From an uncultured Melioribacter sp. (GTDB taxonomy: Bacteria > Bacteroidota > Ignavibacteria > Kapaibacteriales > Kapaibacteriaceae), in assembly GCA_964393485.1 (NCBI GenBank), contig CAYMTW010000004.1, forward strand, positions 1,863 through 65,862: 64,000 nucleotides of DNA, read 5' to 3'. The position numbers and the translations under genes were made by a program. Shown here piece by piece: positions 50,911 to 59,897 of this stretch. Below the pieces are notes generated by a model that made no database searches, was not told the DNA's origin, and worked only from the letters and a program-made list of their open reading frames with translations. Numbering within the stretch: position 1 is the first letter of the stretch; each line of letters begins with the position of its first letter.

Positions 50911-51656
50911 CACGACACGTTGATCAGCCGGCGCTGACCATCCGTCTGGTGTGGAGTCCGAATGTTGTTCGGGGCTTCATCGGAGCGCTGTTGATCATGG
51001 GCCTGATCCTCGGCATGCTCACCTGCACACGGGTCGAGGTCGAGCCGATCGTTCTTCCAAAGACCACTCCCGTGACGCTGCTGGTGCTCGGTAGTGGAGA
51101 TGGCACTGGTGTACGTAAGGGGAATCTTACTGCCGAGGGGGCGGCACAGCGCGGCGCCGAAAGCAAGGACCCGCTCGTTGATGCCACACGCAGTAGCGGT
51201 GCATCCAAAGCCCCAACGTCGGACCCAGCACTGGCATCAAGGTTTATCCCCAAGGACGAAGCCGGACGCGGAGGCAAGACCTCCGACGAGTCGTCGTCGG
51301 ATCGTAGCATCGGCTCGGCTAAGGGCACCGATGAAGGAAGTGGTCTGGGCGAGTTGGGTGTGGGAAGGGGCAAGGGCGATGGCTATGGTGATATCGACTG
51401 GGGCGGCGGCGGCAACCGCACGGTCGTCACGAAGGTCATCCCGACGTTCCCACCGGGAGTGCTCGACACGAAGGTCAAGATCCGTTTTCGCGTGGCTGCC
51501 AATGGCGCCGTGACAACGGCCTGGCCTGAAAAAAAAGGTGGTAGCCGACTGGTTGAGCAGGCCGCGATTCAGGCGCTGATGCGCTGGCGATTCAATCGTC
51601 TGCCGTCGGATATCGAAATGGAAGGTGTGATCACATTTATGGTGAATTACCGATGA
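50907..51656 (+). CDS. TonB-family energy transducer (TonB C-terminal domain)
   Basis: N-terminal TM, Gly/Ser-rich linker, C-terminal P-x-FP...VKIRFRVAANGAV...AAIQALMRWRFN...ITF. Confidence 0.75.
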   Translation: MTRHVDQPALTIRLVWSPNVVRGFIGALLIMGLILGMLTCTRVEVEPIVLPKTTPVTLLVLGSGDGTGVRKGNLTAEGAAQRGAESKDPLVDATRSSGASKAPTSDPALASRFIPKDEAGRGGKTSDESSSDRSIGSAKGTDEGSGLGELGVGRGKGDGYGDIDWGGGGNRTVVTKVIPTFPPGVLDTKVKIRFRVAANGAVTTAWPEKKGGSRLVEQAAIQALMRWRFNRLPSDIEMEGVITFMVNYR

Positions 51657-51835
51657 TCGGAACTCTTGTCGCACTGGCCTCATCGCTGCCCGGAGGACTG
51701 CAGGTCCTCGTTGTATTGTTGCTCGTGGGCCTGGTTTTATCGATCATCAAGAAACTCGTCAAGATCGCCTTGTTGGTCACCTTCCTGATCGTTCTCATCT
51801 TTGTCATCCGTCTGCTCATGGTATCAATGCCGTAG
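51653..51835 (+). CDS. Small two-TM membrane protein
   Basis: 60 aa, very hydrophobic; start overlaps the stop of the TonB-like gene. Confidence 0.6.
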   Translation: MIGTLVALASSLPGGLQVLVVLLLVGLVLSIIKKLVKIALLVTFLIVLIFVIRLLMVSMP

Positions 51836-51874
51836 CCGGTTGGAATCCGTCTTTCGCTCACGAGGAAACAACGC

Positions 51875-53215
51875 ATGTCGCACAAGGTCGCGGTCATTGG
51901 AACAGGATATGTCGGTCTGGTCACTGGTGCCTGTCTTGCTGATGTCGGCAACGACGTCCTCTGTATCGATGTCGATCCCGGAAAGATCGAACGTCTTAAG
52001 CGCGGCGAGGTTCCGATCTATGAACCCGGACTCGATGTCGTGCTCAACCGGACGATCCGCGAGGGGCGCATCCGTTTTTCGCTCGACCTGACCACGGCCG
52101 TCGGGGAGTGCGATATCCTCATGCTCTGCCTGCCGACACCTCCGGGCAAGGACGGTCAGGCGGATCTGGAAATGGTGATCTCCGCATCTCATAGTGTTGC
52201 AGAGCTGCTCAACGAGTTGGACATTGTTGAGCCGCGCGTCGTCGTCAACAAGAGCACTGTCCCGGTGGGAACGGCTGCTCTGGTGCAGGGAATCTTCGAC
52301 CGAGTTGCGCCCACGCGCCACGTGGACGTCGTAAGCAACCCCGAGTTTTTGCGAGAAGGCTTTGCCGTCGAGGACTTCATGCGTCCAGACCGCATCGTGG
52401 TGGGAACCAGCAGCCCCCTTGCCGCTGAGCGCATGCACAGTCTGTACCGACCATTTACCGATCGCGGTTCGACGCTTCTGGTCTTTGATGAGAAAAGCTC
52501 AGAGGTCACCAAGTACGCTGCAAACTCATTTCTGGCGACCAAGATCTCCTTCATGAACGACCTGTCGGAATACTGCGAAGCCGTCGGAGCTGATATTGAG
52601 AGCATTCGCGTCGGGATTGGTATCGACCCTCGCATTGGTAATCGTTTCCTCTATGCCGGTATCGGCTACGGTGGCAGCTGCTTTCCTAAGGACGTCAAGG
52701 CTATCATCCATGCCGCCGATGAGGCTGGCACTCCGCTTGAGGTCATCAAGGCTGCCAAAGTCGTCAATGACCACCAAGTGCGACGTTTTACGAGCCGCGT
52801 GGTAGCCCGCTTTGATGGGGATATGTCCGGTAAGCGCGTGGCACTCTGGGGTCTTGCATTCAAGCCCGACACGGATGACGTCCGAGAGGCACCGTCGTTT
52901 GTGATCATCGACCGCTTACTTTCCGAAGGGGCTGAGATCGTTGCCTTTGACCCCGAGGCGCAGGAAACAACGCACAAGGTCATCGGTGATCGTATCACCT
53001 ATGCAGACGATGCCTACGCAGCGCTTTCCGGTGCCGACGTGCTGATCATTGCTACCGAGTGGCAGGAGTTCCGCGATCCTGATTTTGCGCGCATGCGCGC
53101 AGAGCTTGCCAGTCCAGTTGTTTATGACGGACGCAATATCTACGATCCACAGGACATGCTGGAACGGGGCTTTGAATACCATTCCGTCGGACGCGGCTCC
53201 GTGCACCCACGCTAG
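51875..53215 (+). CDS. ugd: UDP-glucose 6-dehydrogenase
   Basis: GTGYVG, LPTP, KSTVP, NPEFLREG, KYAANSF, GYGGSCFPKD, GLAFK. Confidence 0.96.
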   Translation: MSHKVAVIGTGYVGLVTGACLADVGNDVLCIDVDPGKIERLKRGEVPIYEPGLDVVLNRTIREGRIRFSLDLTTAVGECDILMLCLPTPPGKDGQADLEMVISASHSVAELLNELDIVEPRVVVNKSTVPVGTAALVQGIFDRVAPTRHVDVVSNPEFLREGFAVEDFMRPDRIVVGTSSPLAAERMHSLYRPFTDRGSTLLVFDEKSSEVTKYAANSFLATKISFMNDLSEYCEAVGADIESIRVGIGIDPRIGNRFLYAGIGYGGSCFPKDVKAIIHAADEAGTPLEVIKAAKVVNDHQVRRFTSRVVARFDGDMSGKRVALWGLAFKPDTDDVREAPSFVIIDRLLSEGAEIVAFDPEAQETTHKVIGDRITYADDAYAALSGADVLIIATEWQEFRDPDFARMRAELASPVVYDGRNIYDPQDMLERGFEYHSVGRGSVHPR

Positions 53216-53224
53216 AGTGGGACG

Positions 53225-54784
53225 TCAGCGGCGCCTACCTTCAAACTTCCGTCCACGCAATGTTCTGAATGCTCTGAGCTGACGCCGGCTGCGCCAGGCG
53301 CGTACGATCTTTAGCCAGAGGATCCGCAACAATAGTCCGAGCGACATCTTCGAGGCCATACTGCTGCTATCGAGCATGTTCCGCAGCTGGGCGCGTTCGA
53401 GCTCGCTGATCGGCATATCATCGCTGTTTGATGACGGTTTGTTGAGAATGTGGTCGAGCATCTTCTCGAGTTCGGCTGCGGCCTTCTCAAAGCGCTTTGC
53501 GTCGATCTTGTTGTAGCGCATCAGAAGGATCAAATGGTCGTAGAGGATGGCTGCGCGTTTGATGTCTTCGACTTGACGTTCCGTGCGCAGAGCCTCGAGA
53601 AGCGACTCTGCCAGTTCCTCGAACTGCACCACCTTTTCTTCGGAGAGCGAGAACATCTCGTTGGCGGCAATGTCATCGACATTGACGTACACCGTGCTCA
53701 GGCGACGGATCTCATCACCGTAGTGCTCGGCAAGGGTAGCCCCATATCTGGATGTGAGCTGTGAGATCTGACGCTGGATCTGATCGATCTGTGACCGCAG
53801 TGAGTCCTGACGCATCTTTCCGGAGGCCAGTGAAAGCTGACTCTCGAGATCACGGCGATGCGTGAAGAGCTCGCGAATGCGCACGGCTTCGGGCGAGTTG
53901 GACGAAGCCACCATGCCTTCGACCACCACGCTGTCCACCTGCAGGCGGGCACTGCCGATCTTAACCGTGTTGATCGTGATCTGTCCGCCAAGCTGTGAGC
54001 GCAGGTGCTCCATATCGATATGCGCCACGCCGTCGGTGACCACCAGGATCTGGGCATGGCTGAGCTTGCTCTCGTGCGAGATGTCGTCGATGGCCGTCTG
54101 AATGGCTTTCTGCAGCACCGTGCCGTTGCCCACGGCCTTGACGTGCATGACCGTGCTGATCAGGTGCTCATAGGACGGAATGTCGCGGGCCGTTAGCAGA
54201 TCGCCGATCTGCAGATCGAACGTCCGGAAGAAGATCGTACCAAGCTCGCGCTGGTTACGGCGCAGGAAGAGATAGACGATGGCCTTGGCAAGGTGGATGC
54301 GATAGTGCTGCTGCATCGAGTTCGACGTATCGAACAGGATATAGACCTTCTGCTTGCGGTCATCGGGCGCAAACCGATCTGACTCGGTCTGGTAGGCATA
54401 ATTGCGTGCCTGCTTCGGCCGTGGCATCCAGAGCGAGCGCTCGGCCAGCTTGCGCAGGAAGACCATTTCCGGCAAGAGATGCTGCGCCGGATAGATATAG
54501 CGGAGTTCGCTGACGGAGGTGATCAGATCGGCTTCGTACTCCTTGGCCTCCGGAACGTGCGGAACCACGATGGTGTCCACGCTGTCACGCTCGGCCAGCG
54601 GGTCGTTCAGCTCCAGCACTGGAGCTAGGGCACGGGAAATGGCATGTGTGGAATCTTCGAGAATCCGGGCGATCTCGTAGATGATGGTGAATTCATCCGG
54701 AAGGTGTTCTTCGACCGTTTCGAAGAACCCGAACTCTTCCATCTGCGAGAAGAACGTCGATGTCTCGATGGCCGAACGTGACAT
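53225..54784 (-). CDS. VWA-domain protein (ViaA-like partner of a MoxR ATPase)
   Basis: MIDAS DTSNS, GNGT, VTDG; encoded directly downstream of the AAA+ gene. Confidence 0.82.
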   Translation of the reverse strand: MSRSAIETSTFFSQMEEFGFFETVEEHLPDEFTIIYEIARILEDSTHAISRALAPVLELNDPLAERDSVDTIVVPHVPEAKEYEADLITSVSELRYIYPAQHLLPEMVFLRKLAERSLWMPRPKQARNYAYQTESDRFAPDDRKQKVYILFDTSNSMQQHYRIHLAKAIVYLFLRRNQRELGTIFFRTFDLQIGDLLTARDIPSYEHLISTVMHVKAVGNGTVLQKAIQTAIDDISHESKLSHAQILVVTDGVAHIDMEHLRSQLGGQITINTVKIGSARLQVDSVVVEGMVASSNSPEAVRIRELFTHRRDLESQLSLASGKMRQDSLRSQIDQIQRQISQLTSRYGATLAEHYGDEIRRLSTVYVNVDDIAANEMFSLSEEKVVQFEELAESLLEALRTERQVEDIKRAAILYDHLILLMRYNKIDAKRFEKAAAELEKMLDHILNKPSSNSDDMPISELERAQLRNMLDSSSMASKMSLGLLLRILWLKIVRAWRSRRQLRAFRTLRGRKFEGRRR

Positions 54785-54785
54785 A

Positions 54786-56105
54786 TCACGTCCGTTCCAT
54801 ACGCTGTAGCTCCCGTTCGACGGTGATCAGCGTCGATTGCAGAGCAAGCTCAACGGAATGCTTGAGCTCACGCACTTCGTCGCACACCGGCACCAGATCT
54901 GTGAGAAATTGCTCCAGGATCTTGCGGTTCTGATCCTGCGGCTGCTCGGCACCGAAGCGCTCCTTGATCCACTCGAAGAGTGTGCGCCGCACCGGGGCAT
55001 CGGCAAACTGCGACAGGGGGCGAAGCATCTGCTGGGGGTTCTCCTTGATCTCCTGCAGCAGGTGCGAGTAGTCCAGCAGCATCGTTACCTGATCAAAACC
55101 GCGCGAGGCCGTGAGTGAGTTCAGTACCGTCGTATAGGCCTTCTTGAACAGAGCGATCTCCTCTGGCAGGCCCACAGTTGAGAAGATGAAGTACAGGCGG
55201 CTGGCATCGTCATGGACGACGTTGCTTCGCCCCTTGAGTAGGGCCAGAGCACGCAGAAGATCAAGCGACTTGGCCTGCGTGCGCGGGGAAATGTAAAAGT
55301 CCTTACTACTGCCGGACTTTACCTGCTCATGAAGCTGGCGGTTGCGTAGGAACTCGAAGTGTCGGATGACGATGTTTGTGAAATACAGCATCTCGTTAGA
55401 AACACTAATCGATAGCTCTTCGCTGCGTCCCGTGATGATACGGTGCATGCTATGCAGCCGCTCAAACGAAATGCGTCGTGTGGGCTCGGCGGTCTTACCG
55501 CCATGGACCAGGTAGCGCTGTGATATCTGGTACTGCACGAAGGGATCCTTATCCGGCAGGATCACCGCCTTGAACAGAAACCGGTCCAGCAGGGCCTCGG
55601 TCACTTCGCTCACGCGCAGGTAGTTGGTGGCGGCGATCACCGTGTGCAGGGGCGAACTCACATCCTGGATGCCGCGCAGAAGACGACGCTCGTTGAGCAG
55701 TGACAGCAGCGCACGCAGGGTAAAGTCGTTAGCATCGAAGATCTCGTCGATGAAGCCGAACTGGCTCTCGACAAGCGAGCCCTGGGTATTGTGGATGATC
55801 CGTCCGGACTTGAGCTGTTCGAGGTCGAGTCCGCCGAAGAACGTGTCGGGCTGTTGTTCCTTGCTGGCCTGGACCCGGAACAGGCGGGCCCCTTCGAACA
55901 TGGCGAAGATCTGTTCGGCCAGCAGGGACTTGCCAACGCCCGTACGGCTCTGCAGCAGAAGGTGCTCGGCCGTGAGCAGGGCGCAGAAGGCCTGTTCGAT
56001 CACTTCCTCACGATTGATCACCCGCTGACCTATGAACCAGGCGGCGTCTTTGAGTTCTTTGGCGATCTCTTCAATGGATCCGGACGTGGCCTGTGCCTGC
56101 CCCAT
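54786..56105 (-). CDS. MoxR/RavA-like AAA+ ATPase
   Basis: INREE, variant Walker A SRTGVGKS, Walker B FIDEIF, LLSLLNER, AATN, ALLDRF, ISPR. Start refined to 56105. Confidence 0.88.
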   Translation of the reverse strand: MGQAQATSGSIEEIAKELKDAAWFIGQRVINREEVIEQAFCALLTAEHLLLQSRTGVGKSLLAEQIFAMFEGARLFRVQASKEQQPDTFFGGLDLEQLKSGRIIHNTQGSLVESQFGFIDEIFDANDFTLRALLSLLNERRLLRGIQDVSSPLHTVIAATNYLRVSEVTEALLDRFLFKAVILPDKDPFVQYQISQRYLVHGGKTAEPTRRISFERLHSMHRIITGRSEELSISVSNEMLYFTNIVIRHFEFLRNRQLHEQVKSGSSKDFYISPRTQAKSLDLLRALALLKGRSNVVHDDASRLYFIFSTVGLPEEIALFKKAYTTVLNSLTASRGFDQVTMLLDYSHLLQEIKENPQQMLRPLSQFADAPVRRTLFEWIKERFGAEQPQDQNRKILEQFLTDLVPVCDEVRELKHSVELALQSTLITVERELQRMERT

Positions 56106-56176
56106 ATCACACTCCCAGATTGGTGATGCGGCCAATATAGCAACGGGGCCAGCCCGGCCCGGCATCGCATTTGACG

Positions 56177-56184
56177 TAGTTTTG
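56177..56184 (+). promoter_or_regulatory. -7 element 4 nt before the uvrC GTG start
   Basis: TAGTTTTG matches TAnnTTTG. Confidence 0.5.
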
Positions 56185-56188
56185 CCCT

Positions 56189-58063
56189 GTGAACAGCGAC
56201 GTCCAGATCGACCCCCAGCGTCAGCGTCTGCAATCGATCGCCGATGCGATGCCGACGCGTCCGGGCGTATACCTGCATAAGGACGCCGGCGGTACGATCA
56301 TCTACGTTGGCAAGGCCAAGAATCTGCGTAGCCGTGTGCGGTCGTATCTGCAGGAAGCCCGTCCGGTGAACGCCAAAACTGCTGCCTTGGTGCAGAAGAT
56401 CGACGATATCGAATTCATCGTCACGGACACCGAGGTCGAGGCGCTGATCCTCGAAAATACGCTCATCAAGCAGCACCGTCCGAAGTACAACATTCTGCTC
56501 AAGGACGACAAGTCCTATCCGTTCATCCGGATCACACGTGAGGCCTACCCACGAGTGTTCAAGACACGTCAGGTCATTCGTGACGGCAGCACCTACTTCG
56601 GACCCTACACCGACGGAACCTACCTGTACCATTTGCTGAAGACTCTGCGCAGCGTGTTTCCGTTGCGCTCGTGTGATCTGCCGCTGACCGATGCCGGCAT
56701 TGCCGAAGGACGCTGGAAGGTCTGCCTGGACTATCACATCAAGAAATGCGACGGACCCTGCGAGGGGCTGATCTCGGCAGTGCGCTATAACGACTACATA
56801 CGTCAGGCCACACAGGTCTTGCAGGGACGCACGCGCGAGCTCGAAGCCAGCCTTGAGCAGCGAATGCATGAGCTGGCCGAGGACCTGCGTTTCGAGGACG
56901 CCGAGGTTGTGCGCCAGCGTCTTGAGCGTCTACGTTCCTATACCACCAAGCAGAAAATGCTGACAGCGGACACACGTGATCAGGACGTCTTTGCGCTTGC
57001 TCGATCCGAATCCACGGCCTGCAGTCTGGTGCTGACCATTCGCGACGGAAAGCTCGTGGGCAAGCGTCACTTTATCATTCCGTCGGTGCGCGACCGCAGT
57101 GACGAGGAGATCCTTTCAACAACCATCGAGCGCTGGTACCTTGACGCCGAGTCCGTACCTGACCAGGTGCTGCTGCCGATGGAGATCGAATCGGCCGAGA
57201 TCGTTGCCGACTACCTGCGTACGCGCCGAGGCTCGGCCGTCGAGGTGACGGTGCCAAAGATCGGCGACAAGCGCAAACTCGTACTGCTGGCCGAACAGAA
57301 TGCCGACGTGCTGCTGCGGGAGATCGTGGCACAGCAGGCCGCCAAGGACCAGACCGTTTCAAAGGCCGTGCTGGCGTTGCAGAAGGATCTCCGCATGGAG
57401 CGACTGCCGCGTCGAATTGAATGCGTGGACAACTCGCACATGCAGGGAACCGACTACGTCTCGTCGATCGTGGTGTTCATGGATGGTAAGCCCCGTAAAT
57501 CGGAGTATCGACATTACAAGCTGCGCACCATGACCGGCAATGATGACTTCGAGGCCATGAAGGAGGTCCTTACGCGGCGATTCACACCCGTTGACGACAG
57601 CGGTGAGCCCCGTGAGGTCGTCTATCCGGACCTGCTGGTGATCGATGGAGGAAAGGGGCAGCTCTCGCACGCCATGGAGGTGATGCGGGCTCTTGGCATC
57701 GAGGGCAAGTTCACGGTTGTGGGGCTTGCAAAGCGTCTCGAAGAGGTCTTCGTTCCCCAGAGCAGCACACCGGTGTTTATTCCCAAGACCAGTGCCGCGC
57801 TACGTCTTTTGCAGCAGGTGCGCGACGAGGCCCACCGTTTTGCCGTGCGCTACCACCGCATTCTGCGCACCAAGCGGACCCTGCAGACCGAGCTGACAAG
57901 CATTCCGGGGGTGGGTCCGAAAACGTCCACAACGCTGCTAACAACGCTTGGTTCGGTGCAGGCCGTGCGCCAGGCCACGCTCGAAGAACTTCAGGCCGTC
58001 ATTTCGACGTCGCAGGCCGCAAAGGTGTATGCGCATTTTCACACCGACGAGCCGACTGAATGA
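56189..58063 (+). CDS. uvrC: Excinuclease ABC subunit C
   Basis: GIY-YIG (PGVYL..IIYVGKAKNLRSRV), CLDYHIKKCDGPC, UVR domain, ECVDNSH, IDGGKGQ, HhH. Confidence 0.97.
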   Translation: MNSDVQIDPQRQRLQSIADAMPTRPGVYLHKDAGGTIIYVGKAKNLRSRVRSYLQEARPVNAKTAALVQKIDDIEFIVTDTEVEALILENTLIKQHRPKYNILLKDDKSYPFIRITREAYPRVFKTRQVIRDGSTYFGPYTDGTYLYHLLKTLRSVFPLRSCDLPLTDAGIAEGRWKVCLDYHIKKCDGPCEGLISAVRYNDYIRQATQVLQGRTRELEASLEQRMHELAEDLRFEDAEVVRQRLERLRSYTTKQKMLTADTRDQDVFALARSESTACSLVLTIRDGKLVGKRHFIIPSVRDRSDEEILSTTIERWYLDAESVPDQVLLPMEIESAEIVADYLRTRRGSAVEVTVPKIGDKRKLVLLAEQNADVLLREIVAQQAAKDQTVSKAVLALQKDLRMERLPRRIECVDNSHMQGTDYVSSIVVFMDGKPRKSEYRHYKLRTMTGNDDFEAMKEVLTRRFTPVDDSGEPREVVYPDLLVIDGGKGQLSHAMEVMRALGIEGKFTVVGLAKRLEEVFVPQSSTPVFIPKTSAALRLLQQVRDEAHRFAVRYHRILRTKRTLQTELTSIPGVGPKTSTTLLTTLGSVQAVRQATLEELQAVISTSQAAKVYAHFHTDEPTE

Positions 58064-59892
58064 GCTCGGCCCTTGAGCTTGTGCTAGCCGAGCTGCATCG
58101 GCTGGACCGTTTTGAACCGGTGGCCTATCGCATACCCGGTGCCTGGGTCGGTGCAGATTCACCTCAGGAGCTACCATCGGTCGCGTCCTTTTTCAGGGGG
58201 CTCATCGAAGCGCTGCCATCGCAGGCATCATCTGACGTCGCAGGTCGGGTATACTACAACGCCATGGTCCGGCATCTGACGTCCTATGACCACGGGTCGC
58301 AGGCCCGGCGCGCCGGATGGCGCAGCACGGGCACGTTTCTGAAAATGATCGCCGTGCTTGGGCATCTGCAGTCGCTTGGCGTCGGGACCATCGTGCTTCT
58401 GCCCATCAACACCATCGGCAGGGTAGGGCAGAAGGGGAGTATCGGTTCGCCATACAGCGTTCGGGATCCCTTTTCGATCGAGCCGCAGCTCTCGGAGCCC
58501 CTTCTCAGGATCGATCCCGAGATGCAGGCCCGGGCCTTTGTCGAGGCGGCCCACCGCATGGGCATGCGGGTGATCACCGAGGTGGTGCTTCGCACGGCCA
58601 GTCTCGACAGTGTACTGGCTGAGGATCATCCCGAATGGTTTTACTGGATCCATGCCGATCGGGCCCGGGCGTTCTCCGCACCCGTCTTCTCGGCCGTGCA
58701 GGCTGGACGCATTGCGCGTCAGGTTGAGTCCGGAAGTCGGGACAAACTGCCGCCGCCACCGGCCGAATACCGGCGTCAGTTCACCAAGCCCCCTCTCAGC
58801 GTACACTTCGATGCCGCCGGACGTTGCAGTGGCACCACGGCCGATGGTGAGCAGGTGACCGTTCCCGGGGCCTTTGCCGACTGGCCCGTGGACGATCCGC
58901 AGCCGGCCTGGTCAGATGTGACGTATCTGCGCCTGGATCGTCATACCGACTTCAATTACATGGCCTACAACACCATACGGATGTTCGACGCACGCCTGGA
59001 GGCACCTGAGGTGTCCAACGACGGTGCCTGGAACATTCTCAGTGCCATCATCCCTACGCAGATGCGCATGCTAGGTACGGACGGGGCGATGATCGACATG
59101 GGGCATTCATTGCCGTCGCGATTGCGCCGCCGGGTTATCGAGCAAGCGCGTGCCGAGCGAACTGATGCCGTGATGATCGAAGAGAACTTTCACATCGACG
59201 TCAGTTCAGCCCGCGACGGTTTTGACATCGTCACCGGATACCTTCCGTTTGACGCGCACTGTGCCGACGGACTGCGTCGGTTTATTGACCGCATTGCCTG
59301 TGAGCCGGCGCAGGTGGACTTTTTCGGCTGGGTGGAATCGCACAACACGGCTCGCCTGGCCGAACGCGTGCATCCGGACCGCGTAGCACCGACGTGGCTG
59401 TTTGTGAGTCTTGTGCCGCGTGCGCGGCCATGCATCGTCAGCGGCATGGAACTCGGCGAAACGCGTCCGATAAACACCGGACTCGGCTTTACGCCCGAGC
59501 AGATCAGCCGGTGGCCGGCCTCGGAGCTGGCGCTCTTCAGTGACGTAGCGCTGCCGTGGGACGCCGGCGCAGCGTTTCTGCATCAGATGCTTTCGCTGCT
59601 GGGCATGCTCGGCCAAATTGATCTCATCAGGGGGCTCACAGATGATGACACCATCACGCCCCTTACCGGTGGCAGCCCCGACGTGGTGGCCTATCATCGG
59701 ATTATTCGGGGCCTGCGACGCGGCATTGCCGTGGTGCTCAACACAGCTGATGAGCCGCGCGTGGCAGAGCTGTCAGGCGTCGGGATCTCGGCAGTTTCCG
59801 TGGACGCGCGCTGGGGTCTTGACGCAGCGGTTCTGCGTTGTCATCTCGAGGCGAATCAGGTACTGGTGATCCCCACGCACTGCCGGGGGTAG
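58060..59892 (+). CDS. GH13 alpha-amylase-family protein, Thermotoga maltosyltransferase-like
   Basis: GTFLKM, LLPI, GSPYSVRDP, AFVEAAHRMGMRV, HPEWFYWI, DPQPAWSDVTYLRL, GAMIDMGH, MIEE, VESHN. No signal peptide. Confidence 0.85.
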   Translation: MSSALELVLAELHRLDRFEPVAYRIPGAWVGADSPQELPSVASFFRGLIEALPSQASSDVAGRVYYNAMVRHLTSYDHGSQARRAGWRSTGTFLKMIAVLGHLQSLGVGTIVLLPINTIGRVGQKGSIGSPYSVRDPFSIEPQLSEPLLRIDPEMQARAFVEAAHRMGMRVITEVVLRTASLDSVLAEDHPEWFYWIHADRARAFSAPVFSAVQAGRIARQVESGSRDKLPPPPAEYRRQFTKPPLSVHFDAAGRCSGTTADGEQVTVPGAFADWPVDDPQPAWSDVTYLRLDRHTDFNYMAYNTIRMFDARLEAPEVSNDGAWNILSAIIPTQMRMLGTDGAMIDMGHSLPSRLRRRVIEQARAERTDAVMIEENFHIDVSSARDGFDIVTGYLPFDAHCADGLRRFIDRIACEPAQVDFFGWVESHNTARLAERVHPDRVAPTWLFVSLVPRARPCIVSGMELGETRPINTGLGFTPEQISRWPASELALFSDVALPWDAGAAFLHQMLSLLGMLGQIDLIRGLTDDDTITPLTGGSPDVVAYHRIIRGLRRGIAVVLNTADEPRVAELSGVGISAVSVDARWGLDAAVLRCHLEANQVLVIPTHCRG

Positions 59893-59897
59893 ACCGC

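Noticed and set aside
56030-56869. 279-aa minus-strand ORF
   Set aside because: Antisense to uvrC; a typical GC-rich shadow frame.
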